A DNA stretch of 62,021 nucleotides, the filler included, from Stramenopiles sp. TOSAG23-3 (lineage: Eukaryota): assembly GCA_900128585.1 (NCBI GenBank). It is 2 parts of 2 records of this genome, joined end to end, with 100 filler letters (N's around TTAATTAATTAA, not from the genome) between each part and the next. Parts side by side here need not be neighbours in the genome. Positions count along the whole stretch, not along the records: positions 1 to 31,008 come from LT642223.1; 1 more part is not named here. One strand, written 5' to 3'. Positions 20,209-30,291 of this stretch are shown one piece after another. Under the pieces are notes generated by a model. It saw only the letters and a program-made list of their open reading frames with translations, did no database searches and was not told the DNA's origin. The translations under genes were made by a program, and so were the position numbers. The stretch's first letter is position 1; every line of letters starts with the position of its first letter.

Positions 20209-23200
20209 TCATTCCGAATCCTTTGTGGCAAAGAAAACATACAGACCCGTGTTCCTCAGCCGTTTCGGCTGAAGGGCTTCTTGGTGCAAACACGTAAATG
20301 CAAAACCACGATCTTTCATTTTTTGAAAGAATAGCCGTTCGCGATCGGCGTGTCGCATCCGGTATACAATGATCAAAATGCCACTGGATGCCAAAACTTT
20401 ATCAAACGCCAAAAGCAATCCCTCGTAATGCTTTGGTTCATACAAACAGTCAGACGCCAGTACCACGTCAAACCCATGCTGTGGCACCCAGCTGTTTTTT
20501 GAGTCGTCGGCGCCGTCTTCGAGGAGGGCACACCAATCAAAATGCTCGGCCACAATTGAATTGGATGCAGAAATAAAATTGCATGCGATGGCTCCCTGAA
20601 CATTTTCATTCACCAATGGCATTATTTCAGTCACGTCCGTCAAGACAACGTGGGCGGCAGAACATTTTGCGCTTGCTACAATCCCACAAAAACCGGTCCC
20701 ACAGCCGAGGTCAATAACGCTTCTTCGCGTCAAAAAACTGCTTGGCAAGTCTTGCAACAAAGCACTTAGTACCAGCCCACAATCCCATACGACTGCGCCC
20801 AGGCCCAAGTCTAGCCGTTGTCGAACTGGAAGCACCGATTTGTCTTTCATCTCGACCTCGAACACCTTCTTGTTTGCTTTGACAAAGTTTACACCCAGGG
20901 TTGGGGTTTCCTTGGAAGCGTTGGCGAAGATTCTCTCCCAACCAGCAACGGTTCGGAAAGGAAGGTCCCACCTGTCCACGCGCTGCCCATGCTTCATTTT
21001 GTTCACCATAGATTTGATACAAAACCCCGTTTTCTGGAGCAAAAGGCCCTCCCCGTATATTGGGGGGGGATGAGAGCTTTGCGAAACGAATTGTAGCCGG
21101 GGCAAATTAACGATGCCATCCGGTGGGCGAACGCACAGACCCTCTGACAAAACGATTGCGTGGAACACGGCCGTTTCCTCAGCAGTCTTTAACTTTTGCA
21201 ACAACGACAAAATCAGGCTGTGGTCCTTTCCATTCAAAAAATCTTCAGGGATGGCCCGCAAAGCACGGCAACACGCCCGCGCCAATTCCCACGCATGGGG
21301 GGCCAGCATGCCAGGGCAGAATGAGCAGGTCTTTTCAAAAAAGGAAAGAATCGAGAGGAGTCGTTTCCGGACCGGGGACCTGCTAGCCAGGAGTTCTTTT
21401 CGGCTTCTGGTACTGCCGTCTGCGTCGGCATTCTGGTTCACAGCGCGCAAATCTTCAAGGCTGACCGACGTTTTTGCACTCCACAGTTGCGATAAACTGC
21501 TTAGCATTTCCCGCTTCAGAATTGGCCACAGTTTTTTAGTAAACCGAGCTTGTATAAACTGCGAACAGAGTTCGCACAATGTAGACATGCAGCCCAACGC
21601 CGAGCAGAAAACAGGGAGTTCCGGGGCCCGGCACATGGCGGCGATCGTATCCCAAGACTGCGCCACGGCCGGCAACAAGTCGTTTTCTACCAGCGCCAAC
21701 ACTTTGAATCCCGAACGCATAGTTTCCAAAACTTTGCATCGCATGATTACTGGCCCCCCTGGTAAAAAATGGCGCACTTTTGTCAACAGGGTCTTCGCGG
21801 CTTCCCTTTCGTGCAGGCAGGGGGCAGCAGCACTGGGGTCTTCTTCGCCCACAATTTCCTCCGCGTCGTCGGCTGCGCTTTCTTCTTTCAAAGTGGGCGG
21901 CGCTCGAATGTCAACGTCGTCTTGGGCATCGATGCTGGTCAAGTGGCGGTCCCATTCGACGATCTCGTCGATGAGAACTTCCATACTACTTCTTGGTCTT
22001 TTTCGAGCAAAGGTGCGCTTTCCCCGAAGAGGAACACCTTCCGCGACGAGAACTTTTTGAACGTGCTCTTCCAAGGCAGCCATGAGATCGTGCACGGCCA
22101 TCATTAGCGTAACCAGGTGTTTCGAAGAGGCATAAAAACCGCCGTTGGCGTTGGATATTTCACTGTCTATGCTCCGAAGAAGGGTGTTGACCACTTCGTG
22201 AAGGAGCGCCCCGGTCGTGTCGTAATTTGCAGCGTGAACAACGATGCCGCGGATCACCCGAGGGGTAAAGGGGTAGTCCTCTAGAAATGTCAACCGAAGA
22301 CAAATATTGTCAATCAAATAGTCCACATTGTCCTCTATGAGTGCGTCAATGCCGGTGTATTCGCACGCGTTCGATATCCGCAAGAGGGACGCAAGGGCAG
22401 CCTGGACCACAATCAGCCCGGGGTCTCCCAACTTTTCTAGCAAGGGGTATACCAGGTCCATCAAGCACGATTTGAAGGCGCCTTGTCTTACTTCGCTGGC
22501 ATGCGCCAAGCGAGACAACAGCAAAGACACCGCCACCTCGCTCTCAAACCTTTCTTCGAAGCTTCGGACGGGTCCTTTCACACGAAGGGCTTCGCTGTCA
22601 TTGTATGGGGCCGAGGCTGCGTTCGCAGTACCCGATGCATTATTCCACTCGTGGCACCTGACGGTATCCTGCAAGAACGTGCACACAAAGTCCTCGGTTA
22701 AGTCTGCCAAGGCACCAGCAAAAATGGCGTTGGTCATAAATACACACTCGCATCTCCTCGATATCCGCCAGTCCTGCGCGGTCTCATCCGTCAGGTAACT
22801 CAGCACGTCGACAGAATCCGTATACCGACCAACACTTTCCAAAAGCAACCCAACCGAGGTTCGGCATGCCTTTGAGCGCACGTACTTGAATGGTACGTCA
22901 TAATAAGCCGCAGTAAGTTGGGTGCTCCGCGGGCCGCCAGCTTGGTCCCGGTTGAAATACGTCCGGTAAACGAGGGGGCCGCGGTGCTGCTCTGTGATGG
23001 CGGACCGGTCTAAAGCCAAAGCTTGCGCTATGAACCTGCACAGTTTTGGGGTCTCGTCGATACTAAAAACGTTGCCCAGGCGGGTTTGCAGCAGCCGTGC
23101 GTAGCCAGTCGCGGTCAACAGGGCAGAATGAAGATGCTGATCGTCTCCCCCCCGAGCTGTACGCGACAGCGACACGAGCAGGTTTCGAAAGCGAACATCC

Positions 23201-24282
23201 AGCCGGGACCAAACTTGCTCCACGAACCTAGCCTTGCTCGTTTCCAACAGTCTTTCTGAAGCTGCGACAATGTCATCATTCGCTTGGTCCAAAGTGAAAA
23301 GAATCAGCATTTCTATTAGGTCATCCATGCACGACGCTGTCATCGTCCGAGAGCACCCAAGAAGGATCTTTTCCGCAAACTGGATACCCGCAAGGCGAAC
23401 TTTCCATCTGTTCTGACTGTTCAAGCCGATCTGTTTGATGCTTCCGATGGCATTTTTTATCAACATAGAGATGCGGGCGGTCGTTTCGTACAACCAGTTT
23501 TGATCCCGGCTGACCCGAATGTCCATGTGGTTTTTGCTGGCACCCCCCGAAATGGTCCCTTGCCCCACTGTTCCTGTGATCGACGACCTCGTCGTGGCGT
23601 CCTTCTCTTTGCCCGCGCCCGAAAGCACGCCGTGGCCTTCTAAGACGCCTTTCATTTGAAGAATGGCAGACTGGGGCGCCCCCCCATGCGCGGTCCGCGA
23701 GTCTGCCCCTCCCCGAAAGTTACGCAAGAGGTCCTTGCTGACGTCATCCCCGATTGCGCCAAACAAGAGAGTTCCCCAGACATCCAGGGCTAGGCAAGGC
23801 AGGGCGTGCCCCCGCTTGAAATCCCCGCAGACAATCTTGCAAACCCCAGTGCTTATCCCCGGCAGAAAGCAAGACAGCGTGTCTGCGCTCTTGACGGTGG
23901 AGCATACTTTTTGCAAAACTTGGAGCGACAGCTCGGCATTTTTCCTATTTTTCTCTTCTTTTCCAACTGCTAGTAAAATCGCCACAAAATGGCCCAGGAG
24001 TGCGCGTCGCTTCGGGTTTGAAAATATCGTGCCCACAGTCGGCGTGAATATCGTGTTCAATATTTCGAGCGCGTAAGCCCGCGCCTCCTCGCTACTGGAG
24101 GAGTTGAACTCCCCCTTGGGTGTGCCTATGGCGGAGACCGAGTGGTGAAACACCAATGTCCACTGGGTCGGAAAGTCGTCAAAGTAAAACCTGGGCTTTC
24201 CCTTCACTTCCGAAAGCAACACCCCCAAGGCGTTCTCGCCAAGGGCACCAGACTGTTCGCCGGAAGGTGGGAGGTTACTCAT
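20209..24282 (-). CDS. TTI1: TELO2-interacting protein 1 (TTI1, HEAT/ARM) fused to a C-terminal METTL21/Methyltransf_16-type lysine methyltransferase
   Basis: TTI1-like motifs: CFLPGIST, LVYPLLEKLG, DNVDYLID, LLPAVAQSW, FIQARF. MTase motifs: GAVVWDCGLVL, VIDLGCGTG, VVLTD, FDW, FDVVLASDCLY, YRMR. First ATG at 24282. Confidence 0.85.
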   Translation of the reverse strand: MSNLPPSGEQSGALGENALGVLLSEVKGKPRFYFDDFPTQWTLVFHHSVSAIGTPKGEFNSSSSEEARAYALEILNTIFTPTVGTIFSNPKRRALLGHFVAILLAVGKEEKNRKNAELSLQVLQKVCSTVKSADTLSCFLPGISTGVCKIVCGDFKRGHALPCLALDVWGTLLFGAIGDDVSKDLLRNFRGGADSRTAHGGAPQSAILQMKGVLEGHGVLSGAGKEKDATTRSSITGTVGQGTISGGASKNHMDIRVSRDQNWLYETTARISMLIKNAIGSIKQIGLNSQNRWKVRLAGIQFAEKILLGCSRTMTASCMDDLIEMLILFTLDQANDDIVAASERLLETSKARFVEQVWSRLDVRFRNLLVSLSRTARGGDDQHLHSALLTATGYARLLQTRLGNVFSIDETPKLCRFIAQALALDRSAITEQHRGPLVYRTYFNRDQAGGPRSTQLTAAYYDVPFKYVRSKACRTSVGLLLESVGRYTDSVDVLSYLTDETAQDWRISRRCECVFMTNAIFAGALADLTEDFVCTFLQDTVRCHEWNNASGTANAASAPYNDSEALRVKGPVRSFEERFESEVAVSLLLSRLAHASEVRQGAFKSCLMDLVYPLLEKLGDPGLIVVQAALASLLRISNACEYTGIDALIEDNVDYLIDNICLRLTFLEDYPFTPRVIRGIVVHAANYDTTGALLHEVVNTLLRSIDSEISNANGGFYASSKHLVTLMMAVHDLMAALEEHVQKVLVAEGVPLRGKRTFARKRPRSSMEVLIDEIVEWDRHLTSIDAQDDVDIRAPPTLKEESAADDAEEIVGEEDPSAAAPCLHEREAAKTLLTKVRHFLPGGPVIMRCKVLETMRSGFKVLALVENDLLPAVAQSWDTIAAMCRAPELPVFCSALGCMSTLCELCSQFIQARFTKKLWPILKREMLSSLSQLWSAKTSVSLEDLRAVNQNADADGSTRSRKELLASRSPVRKRLLSILSFFEKTCSFCPGMLAPHAWELARACCRALRAIPEDFLNGKDHSLILSLLQKLKTAEETAVFHAIVLSEGLCVRPPDGIVNLPRLQFVSQSSHPPPIYGEGLLLQKTGFCIKSMVNKMKHGQRVDRWDLPFRTVAGWERIFANASKETPTLGVNFVKANKKVFEVEMKDKSVLPVRQRLDLGLGAVVWDCGLVLSALLQDLPSSFLTRRSVIDLGCGTGFCGIVASAKCSAAHVVLTDVTEIMPLVNENVQGAIACNFISASNSIVAEHFDWCALLEDGADDSKNSWVPQHGFDVVLASDCLYEPKHYEGLLLAFDKVLASSGILIIVYRMRHADRERLFFQKMKDRGFAFTCLHQEALQPKRLRNTGLYVFFATKDSE

Positions 24283-24819
24283 ACCTCTGGTAAGTAGGCA
24301 ACAAGACAAGGCAGGTAAATACGACGACACACAGGATACTGGTTCTACAAATTCAAATGAACATCCTTCTTCCGGGGAGTTCTTCCTTCACTCACGAAAC
24401 CGTGGTACGAATAAAGTGCGTTGTAGTTAGTTAATTGTATCTCGGAAAGTAAATGAGAAGATATTAAATTTCACTCTAACTATATGTATGCATACAGTCT
24501 AGTTTGTAGCTTATATATTGCATTATATATAATTAAAAATCCGAATCAAAACATTTCATCGATCGAAATAATAATCGAAATCGAAATCGAAATTTTAATT
24601 ATTGAAAAAAAAGAGAAGAAAGAAGAAAAAAGAAAGAAGAAGAAGAAGAAAAGATGATATTTTATTCTTTTTTTAATCAATTTTGATAGAGAGAGAGAGA
24701 GTAGAAACGAAGACACAACAACTACAAAAAAGAAAATAAATAATTATAAATTCTTCCTTATACATATACAGTTTACTCTGCTTGGATAATATTGACCTGT
24801 CTATAAATTTCTTTCTTCT

Positions 24820-25240
24820 CATATCTTCTTCTTTCTTCTTCTTTCTTCTTCTTTTATCTTCTTCTTTCTCTTTCTTCTTCTTCTTCTTCTTCTTCTTCTT
24901 CTTCTTCTTTCTTCTTCTTCTTCTTCTTTTTCTTCTTTCTTCTTTCTTCTTTCTTCTTTCTTCTTTCTTCTTCTTCTTCTTTCTTCTTTCTTCTTTCTTC
25001 TTTCTTCTTTCTTCTTCTTCTTCTTCTTTCTCTTTCTCTTTCTCTTTCTATTTCTATTTCTCTTTCTTCTTCTTCTTCTTCTTCTTCTTCTTTTTCTTCT
25101 TCTTCTTCTTCTTCTTCTTCTTCTTTTTCTTCTTCTNNNNNNNTCTTCTTCTTCTTCTTCTTCTTCTTCTTCTTCTTCTTCTTCTTCTTCTTCTTTTTCT
25201 TCTTCTTCTTCTTCTTCTTCTTTTTCTTTCTCTTTTCATC
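24820..25240. repeat. Long TTC/TTTC tract in divergent spacer
   Basis: Seen directly. Confidence 0.95.
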
Positions 25241-25470
25241 ATATTTATTACTCTCAGAGAAGGATCAATTTATATAAAGTATATATATCTACTAGTAATA
25301 AGTTCTTAAGATTTTACAAAACAAAAGAATAGACTATGGTTTGTTGAGTTATTAAAAAGGTAGTCACTCTTTGTCTTGGCTTGTTGTTTGGGTTTATTAT
25401 TTAAAACGGACATCTAATATATACATATATATAGTTCTCCAGTTCACGGCGACGACGGACGGTCAGAAGT

Positions 25471-27756
25471 ATGGCGACGCAACCACCCGACACTTTTCTG
25501 GAACGGCTAGACCGTTGGGCCACCGAGCAGCCGAAAAAAGAAGCCTTCTCCTTTGTGGATGATAGCGGGAAAGAAACTACTGTATTGTCGTACGAAGAGC
25601 TGTACGCGAAGACGGCAAGCATTGCCCGTTCAATGCGGAAAGACAAGGCGTCTGGCGGGTGGGGGATCCAAGCGAAGGACAGAGTGTTGTTAGTGTACCC
25701 TCCGTCGCTCGACTTTATAATAGCGTACATAGCCTGCCTTCGCGCCGGCGTCGTCGCCGTGCCAGTGTTCCCACCGCACCCGGGAAAACTGCGAAAGGAT
25801 TTGCAGCACTTTGCGAGCATTCACAAGAGCAGCGGGGCGCAGGTCGCGCTGACTAATAACGCGTACAACTGGGCAAAGAAGGTGGCGGGGATAAAGAAAT
25901 CGTTCTCAAAGTCGAAGCAAGAGTGGCCGGACGTGCAGTGGATCTTGACGGACGGCAAGTTGCCCGTCAAGCCCGGGGAAGCCGCCGGCGCGTTGGGAGA
26001 AGACGCGGTCGAGCGGACAGACCTTGCGTTTTTGCAGTACACGTCTGGGTCGACCTCAGAGCCAAAGGGCGTCATGATTTCCCATGCCAATTTGGGCCAC
26101 AACCTGTCGACCATTGTGGCAGCGTTGCAGGCGTCGCAGGACACCGTAGTGTGCGCCTGGCTCCCGCAGTACCACGACATGGGCCTGATCGGCTCGTACC
26201 TCGGGGCCCTGTACTGCGGGGGGTCTGGGGTATACATGTCGCCTTTGTCATTCATCAAGAATCCACCGCTTTGGATTAAAATGTGCAGCAAGTACAAAGC
26301 AACGCACACCCAGGCCCCCAATTTTGCCTACAAATTGACGGCGCGAAAGTTTAACGCGCTGCCGAGCAGCAAGAAGCCTGCCGAGTTGGACTTGGGTTCG
26401 ATGCAGCACATGTTTAATGCCGCCGAGCCCGTCACAGCAGATTCGATCGACGCGTTTTACGATACATTTGAACAGTTCGGGCTCAGCCGCAACGCTATCG
26501 TTCCTGGTTACGGATTAGCAGAGCAGACGGTGTACGTGTGCGACGGGGGGTCTCAGCGCCTAACGTTGGACAAGAACGCCCTGAAGGAAAACAAAGTTGT
26601 CACGCTGCCGGAGACCGCCGATGAGAGCGTAAAAAAACACTTGATTGGCTGCGGGAAGCCGCGGCGCGAGGAGCACGGGATCGATCTCCGAATAGTGGAC
26701 ATAGAATCTCGCGCCGAGTTGGCAGAGGATCAAATTGGAGAAGTCTGGGTCAACAGTCCCTCGAAAGCGGGGGGGTACTTTGGGCAAGAGGACACGTCCG
26801 CCGAAGCGTTCAACGCAGCCCTGTCGTCTTCCCTCGAAGGCAAGGACGGTGCCGAGGACGGGACGACCTACCTGCGCACTGGCGATTTAGGCTTTTTGCA
26901 CAACGGCGAGCTGTTCATATGCGGACGGGACAAAGACTTGATCATCATCCGTGGCGGCAATCACTACCCGCAAGATATCGAACAGGTCGTAGAGAGCGAC
27001 GACAGAGTGCGGCCAGGCTGCAGCGCAGCCTTTTCTGTGACGGTTGATGACGAAGAAGTTTTGGTAGTGGTTGCCGAGTTGAGGAATGCCAAAGATTCTG
27101 CGGTACAAGAAATTGCCCGGGACGCTCGGCAGCGAGTGACCCAAGAGCATGGGGTTCAGGTCCACACGCTCGTAATGATCAAGCCCAGGACCGCCGAGAA
27201 GACCAGCAGCGGTAAAATAGCGCGCCGGTGGGCGCGCAAAGCCTACCTTGCAGGGTCCTTAAACGTGGTTCTGAAGAGTTCCGGCGGTGGATTGGGCCGC
27301 AAGGCGGCCGCGGGAATCGGGGCGAAGACGAAGACCCCGAAGAAGAAGGCTGCAAACGGTGGCGGGTCCAACAAAGAGCGCTTCCTAGACGAGGTCAGCA
27401 ATTTGACCGAGATAGACCCGGATGATTTGGCGTTAGATGTTCCGCTTCAAGAAATGGGGCTGGATAGTATGGTGATCGAGCAAATGCGTGGTATGATTAG
27501 TGGTGAATTTGGGGTAGAGATAGAGGTTGAAGAATTGTTCGACGAGGAGTGCACACTGAGCAAAATTATCAGAAAGATTGATGGGGACGACGATGTGGGC
27601 ACCCCAAAGAAGGATGGAGACGCAGTGGTAGTACCCATCGATGGGGATAACTCTGGGGCGTCCCGGGCAGCCAACGCGAAGAAGAAGGCCCCGTCTACGT
27701 TTGAAGTAATTTTCTGTTTTTGCTGCCGTGGGAATAAAAACGGCACCAAGCAGTAA
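25471..27756 (+). CDS. Fatty acyl-AMP ligase (FAAL) fused to an acyl carrier protein, with Cys-rich tail
   Basis: AFLQYTSGSTSEPKGV, WLPQYHDMGLIG, APNFAY, NAAEP, YGLAE, FAAL-type insertion before LIGCG, LRTGDLG, GRDKDLIII, KTSSGKI. ACP motif LQEMGLDSM. Tail FCFCC. Confidence 0.92.
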   Translation: MATQPPDTFLERLDRWATEQPKKEAFSFVDDSGKETTVLSYEELYAKTASIARSMRKDKASGGWGIQAKDRVLLVYPPSLDFIIAYIACLRAGVVAVPVFPPHPGKLRKDLQHFASIHKSSGAQVALTNNAYNWAKKVAGIKKSFSKSKQEWPDVQWILTDGKLPVKPGEAAGALGEDAVERTDLAFLQYTSGSTSEPKGVMISHANLGHNLSTIVAALQASQDTVVCAWLPQYHDMGLIGSYLGALYCGGSGVYMSPLSFIKNPPLWIKMCSKYKATHTQAPNFAYKLTARKFNALPSSKKPAELDLGSMQHMFNAAEPVTADSIDAFYDTFEQFGLSRNAIVPGYGLAEQTVYVCDGGSQRLTLDKNALKENKVVTLPETADESVKKHLIGCGKPRREEHGIDLRIVDIESRAELAEDQIGEVWVNSPSKAGGYFGQEDTSAEAFNAALSSSLEGKDGAEDGTTYLRTGDLGFLHNGELFICGRDKDLIIIRGGNHYPQDIEQVVESDDRVRPGCSAAFSVTVDDEEVLVVVAELRNAKDSAVQEIARDARQRVTQEHGVQVHTLVMIKPRTAEKTSSGKIARRWARKAYLAGSLNVVLKSSGGGLGRKAAAGIGAKTKTPKKKAANGGGSNKERFLDEVSNLTEIDPDDLALDVPLQEMGLDSMVIEQMRGMISGEFGVEIEVEELFDEECTLSKIIRKIDGDDDVGTPKKDGDAVVVPIDGDNSGASRAANAKKKAPSTFEVIFCFCCRGNKNGTKQ

Positions 27757-28177
27757 TATAATACAAAGGTGGCGGAGCTTTTATCCACATGCATAGTACG
27801 ATCCTTGGTGCATTCATAAATAAAAAAAACCTAAGTTATCATGCACAGCCAATTTTTCGTTCTTATATGTTTTATGATAGTGATTCATGAGAAGACAAAA
27901 GAGTGACTGAACATGTTTTATGTATTTCTTCAGATTTTCTTGTCAATGGAAAAAGTGAGTGCAGTGCAGTGCCTGGGTACAGAGTATCATAGCGTTTTTT
28001 TTGCAGGGCGCTCAGAAGGGTCATCAGATAGGACATATACAAGTACGATTTTTATCATAGTGTCCTATCTTAAAGGGCACTCGTGGCCACTCCAGTAGCC
28101 TATGCTATGTGCCTATATTATTTCGAGGAAAATCGAGGTGGCTCTAGCCGAAAAACGGGCTTGTAAACTGCTATTAT

Positions 28178-28634
28178 ACTCTGATGCTCAGGTTTCTACA
28201 ATGTACTTTTTCTTCATCGTTTTTGGATTGCGTTGTTTTAATTGACGCTACTCTGATGCTCTGATGCTCTGATGCTGAGGTTTCTACAATGTACTTTTTC
28301 TTCATCGTTTTTGGATTGCGTTTGTTTTAAAATTCTACTAACTCTCTAAACTCTCATTCCGTAGTACATTAATTTTAATTACTAAAGTTAATTCTACTAC
28401 AATCAGTAGNNNNNNNNNNNNNNNNNNNNNNNNNNNNNNNGTGTTATTAGTGGTGACTACAATCATGCTTACTTGAATTGTCTTTGTTTGATAGACCACC
28501 AGTAGCTACCAACCAGTACATTGCAACAGAAAGATGATTTAATTTTAAACTTAATTGACGCTACTCTGATGCTCTGATGCCGAGGTTTCTATAATGTACT
28601 TTTTCTTCATCGTTTTTGGATTGCGTTGTTTTAA
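28178..28634. repeat. Three copies of an approximately 62-85 bp repeat with nested (CTCTGATG)n
   Basis: ctctgatgc..aggtttcta.aatgtactttttcttcatcgtttttggattgcgttgttttaa at about 28178-28241, 28250-28330 and 28551-28634. Confidence 0.92.
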
Positions 28635-28797
28635 CTGTAGCAGTTATCCTAATATTTAAAAAAAAAGAATTTAGGTAAAAAAATATAAATAATAGGAAAT
28701 TCGTATTTGTATTGTCTCTTAGATATCCAAGAAAGCAACATCCAAAACTTGTTTTTCTACTACCCTTTGTAGTTTATAGCAGTTACAATTATATAAA

Positions 28798-29879
28798 TTA
28801 GCATATATTAGATAGGGAAAACAAAATTCGTCTTTTTTCTGCTCGTTCAGAAAACTTGTTTTCTTCGGGCACTTCTGCGGAGAAAACAAATTCATTGTCC
28901 AAAAACGCAAGCATTTCCTCCGGGCAATCGCCCATCGACCATATATCAAGGCGGTCACATGTTTGGTGGTTATGGTATGCTGTTGTCTCCCCTACTTTTT
29001 CCTCGGGCTTCTTGAGAAGGCACCTACAGCAATTTTTAAGCAGCCTGCCGTGCATTTCGCACACACGGTACGTTTTGTGCGGTGTTTTTGAGTTTGGATA
29101 ATTGCGAACGATTCCATAGTGCCCATTGGTCTTCCGTACCTGTTTAATCTAACAGTCAACCGTTCTCGCTCTTCAGCGTTGGCGACCCCTTGCTTGCAAA
29201 TCTTACACTTGGAACTATCAATTCCGTGGAGGAGGCATACCCCAACCCACCTACCCCCCACCCGTTTCTGGATACCTGCTCCCGTTGCGTTTAGTCGGAA
29301 TTGGTGCCTGGGGTTCTCCTCGCCCAGCTGCTGTAGTCGACGCGCGACGGCTGATCCTTTCCCCGCGCTCGTTGAACTGCACTTGCGGCACGATGCTACT
29401 GGGTAACCATGCTCAAGGCACACCTGCCAGTTTTTCTTCCCGTCCGCGCTATGTTCTAGGATTGCCCACTCGCCCTCGATTTTTGCCGGGGACACAGACC
29501 ATTTTCTCTTGGGGTACTTCTGCTGCAGCGCTGCCAACACCTTCAGCGATGCAAAGAGGTCAGCGAAATCGGAATGGCGATAGGGCTTTAAAGGAATTTT
29601 TGCGTCCGTGGGGTGTTTGCAAGTTATGTGGTATCTAAGACCACTGCGGCTTTTGTACAGCTTCGTCCTGGGGCAATACGGGCACTTGTATTGTTGTCTC
29701 GAGCTGCACTCTTTGCATCCGCTTGCCGGCACGCCGTGCTCAGCGCAAATAGTTTTCCACGTGGATTTATGCCACATTTCAATGGAATCGTTCCCGTTTG
29801 ATGCTCGTAGTTGCAAGTTCGGATAAAGCTTTGCCAGGAAGTTGAGACACGCTGAGGGCGGAAAGTCTACGGAGTCCAT
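28798..29879 (-). CDS. Zinc-binding repeat protein (C-x2-HG-x5-C-x2-C repeats + one C2H2 finger), frameshifted near 29140; possible pseudogene
   Basis: ORF 28992-29879 has ICAEHGVPASGCKEC, VCLEHGYPVASCRKC, VCLLHGIDSSKCKIC and CPYC..HITCKH. A fourth unit, VCEMHGRLLKNCCRC, is in the frame ending at 28798. Confidence 0.7.
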
Positions 29880-30212
29880 GTTCCCTTCTTTTTTGTTCTG
29901 ATTTCGTGAAAAATTTGAGAATTAAAAGGCCTGCAAATAAGAATATTGTCTTTAGGCAAAAATATTGTATTTCTTTAACCGGCAAAACTCGATTGGTTTT
30001 ACGCACGTAAACTATTTTCCTTCCATTGTGGNNNNNNNNNNNNNNNNNNNNNNNNNNNNNNNNNNNNNNNNNNNNNNNNNNNNNNNNNNNNNNNNNNNNN
30101 NNNNNNNNNNNNNNNNNNNNNNNNNNNNNNNNNNNNNNNNNNNNNNNNNNNNNNNNNNNNNNNNNNNNNNNNNNNNNNNNNNNNNNNNNNNNNNNNNNNN
30201 NNNNNNNNNNNN

Positions 30213-30291
30213 GCCTCTCCTTTGCTACGGTACGGCACCTAAGTACGAGGCGCGTGCCTCTCCTTTGCTACGGTACGGCACCTAAGTACGA
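30213..30291. repeat. 43-bp tandem repeat (about 1.8 visible copies) abutting an N-gap
   Basis: gcctctcctttgctacggtacggcacctaagtacga at 30213 and 30256. Confidence 0.9.

Noticed and set aside
21113-22060. Long antisense or overlapping ORFs inside real genes (e.g. 21113-22060, 3871-4644, 647-1336, 58411-59073)
   Set aside because: Shadow ORFs expected from GC-rich codon usage, with no recognisable motifs.
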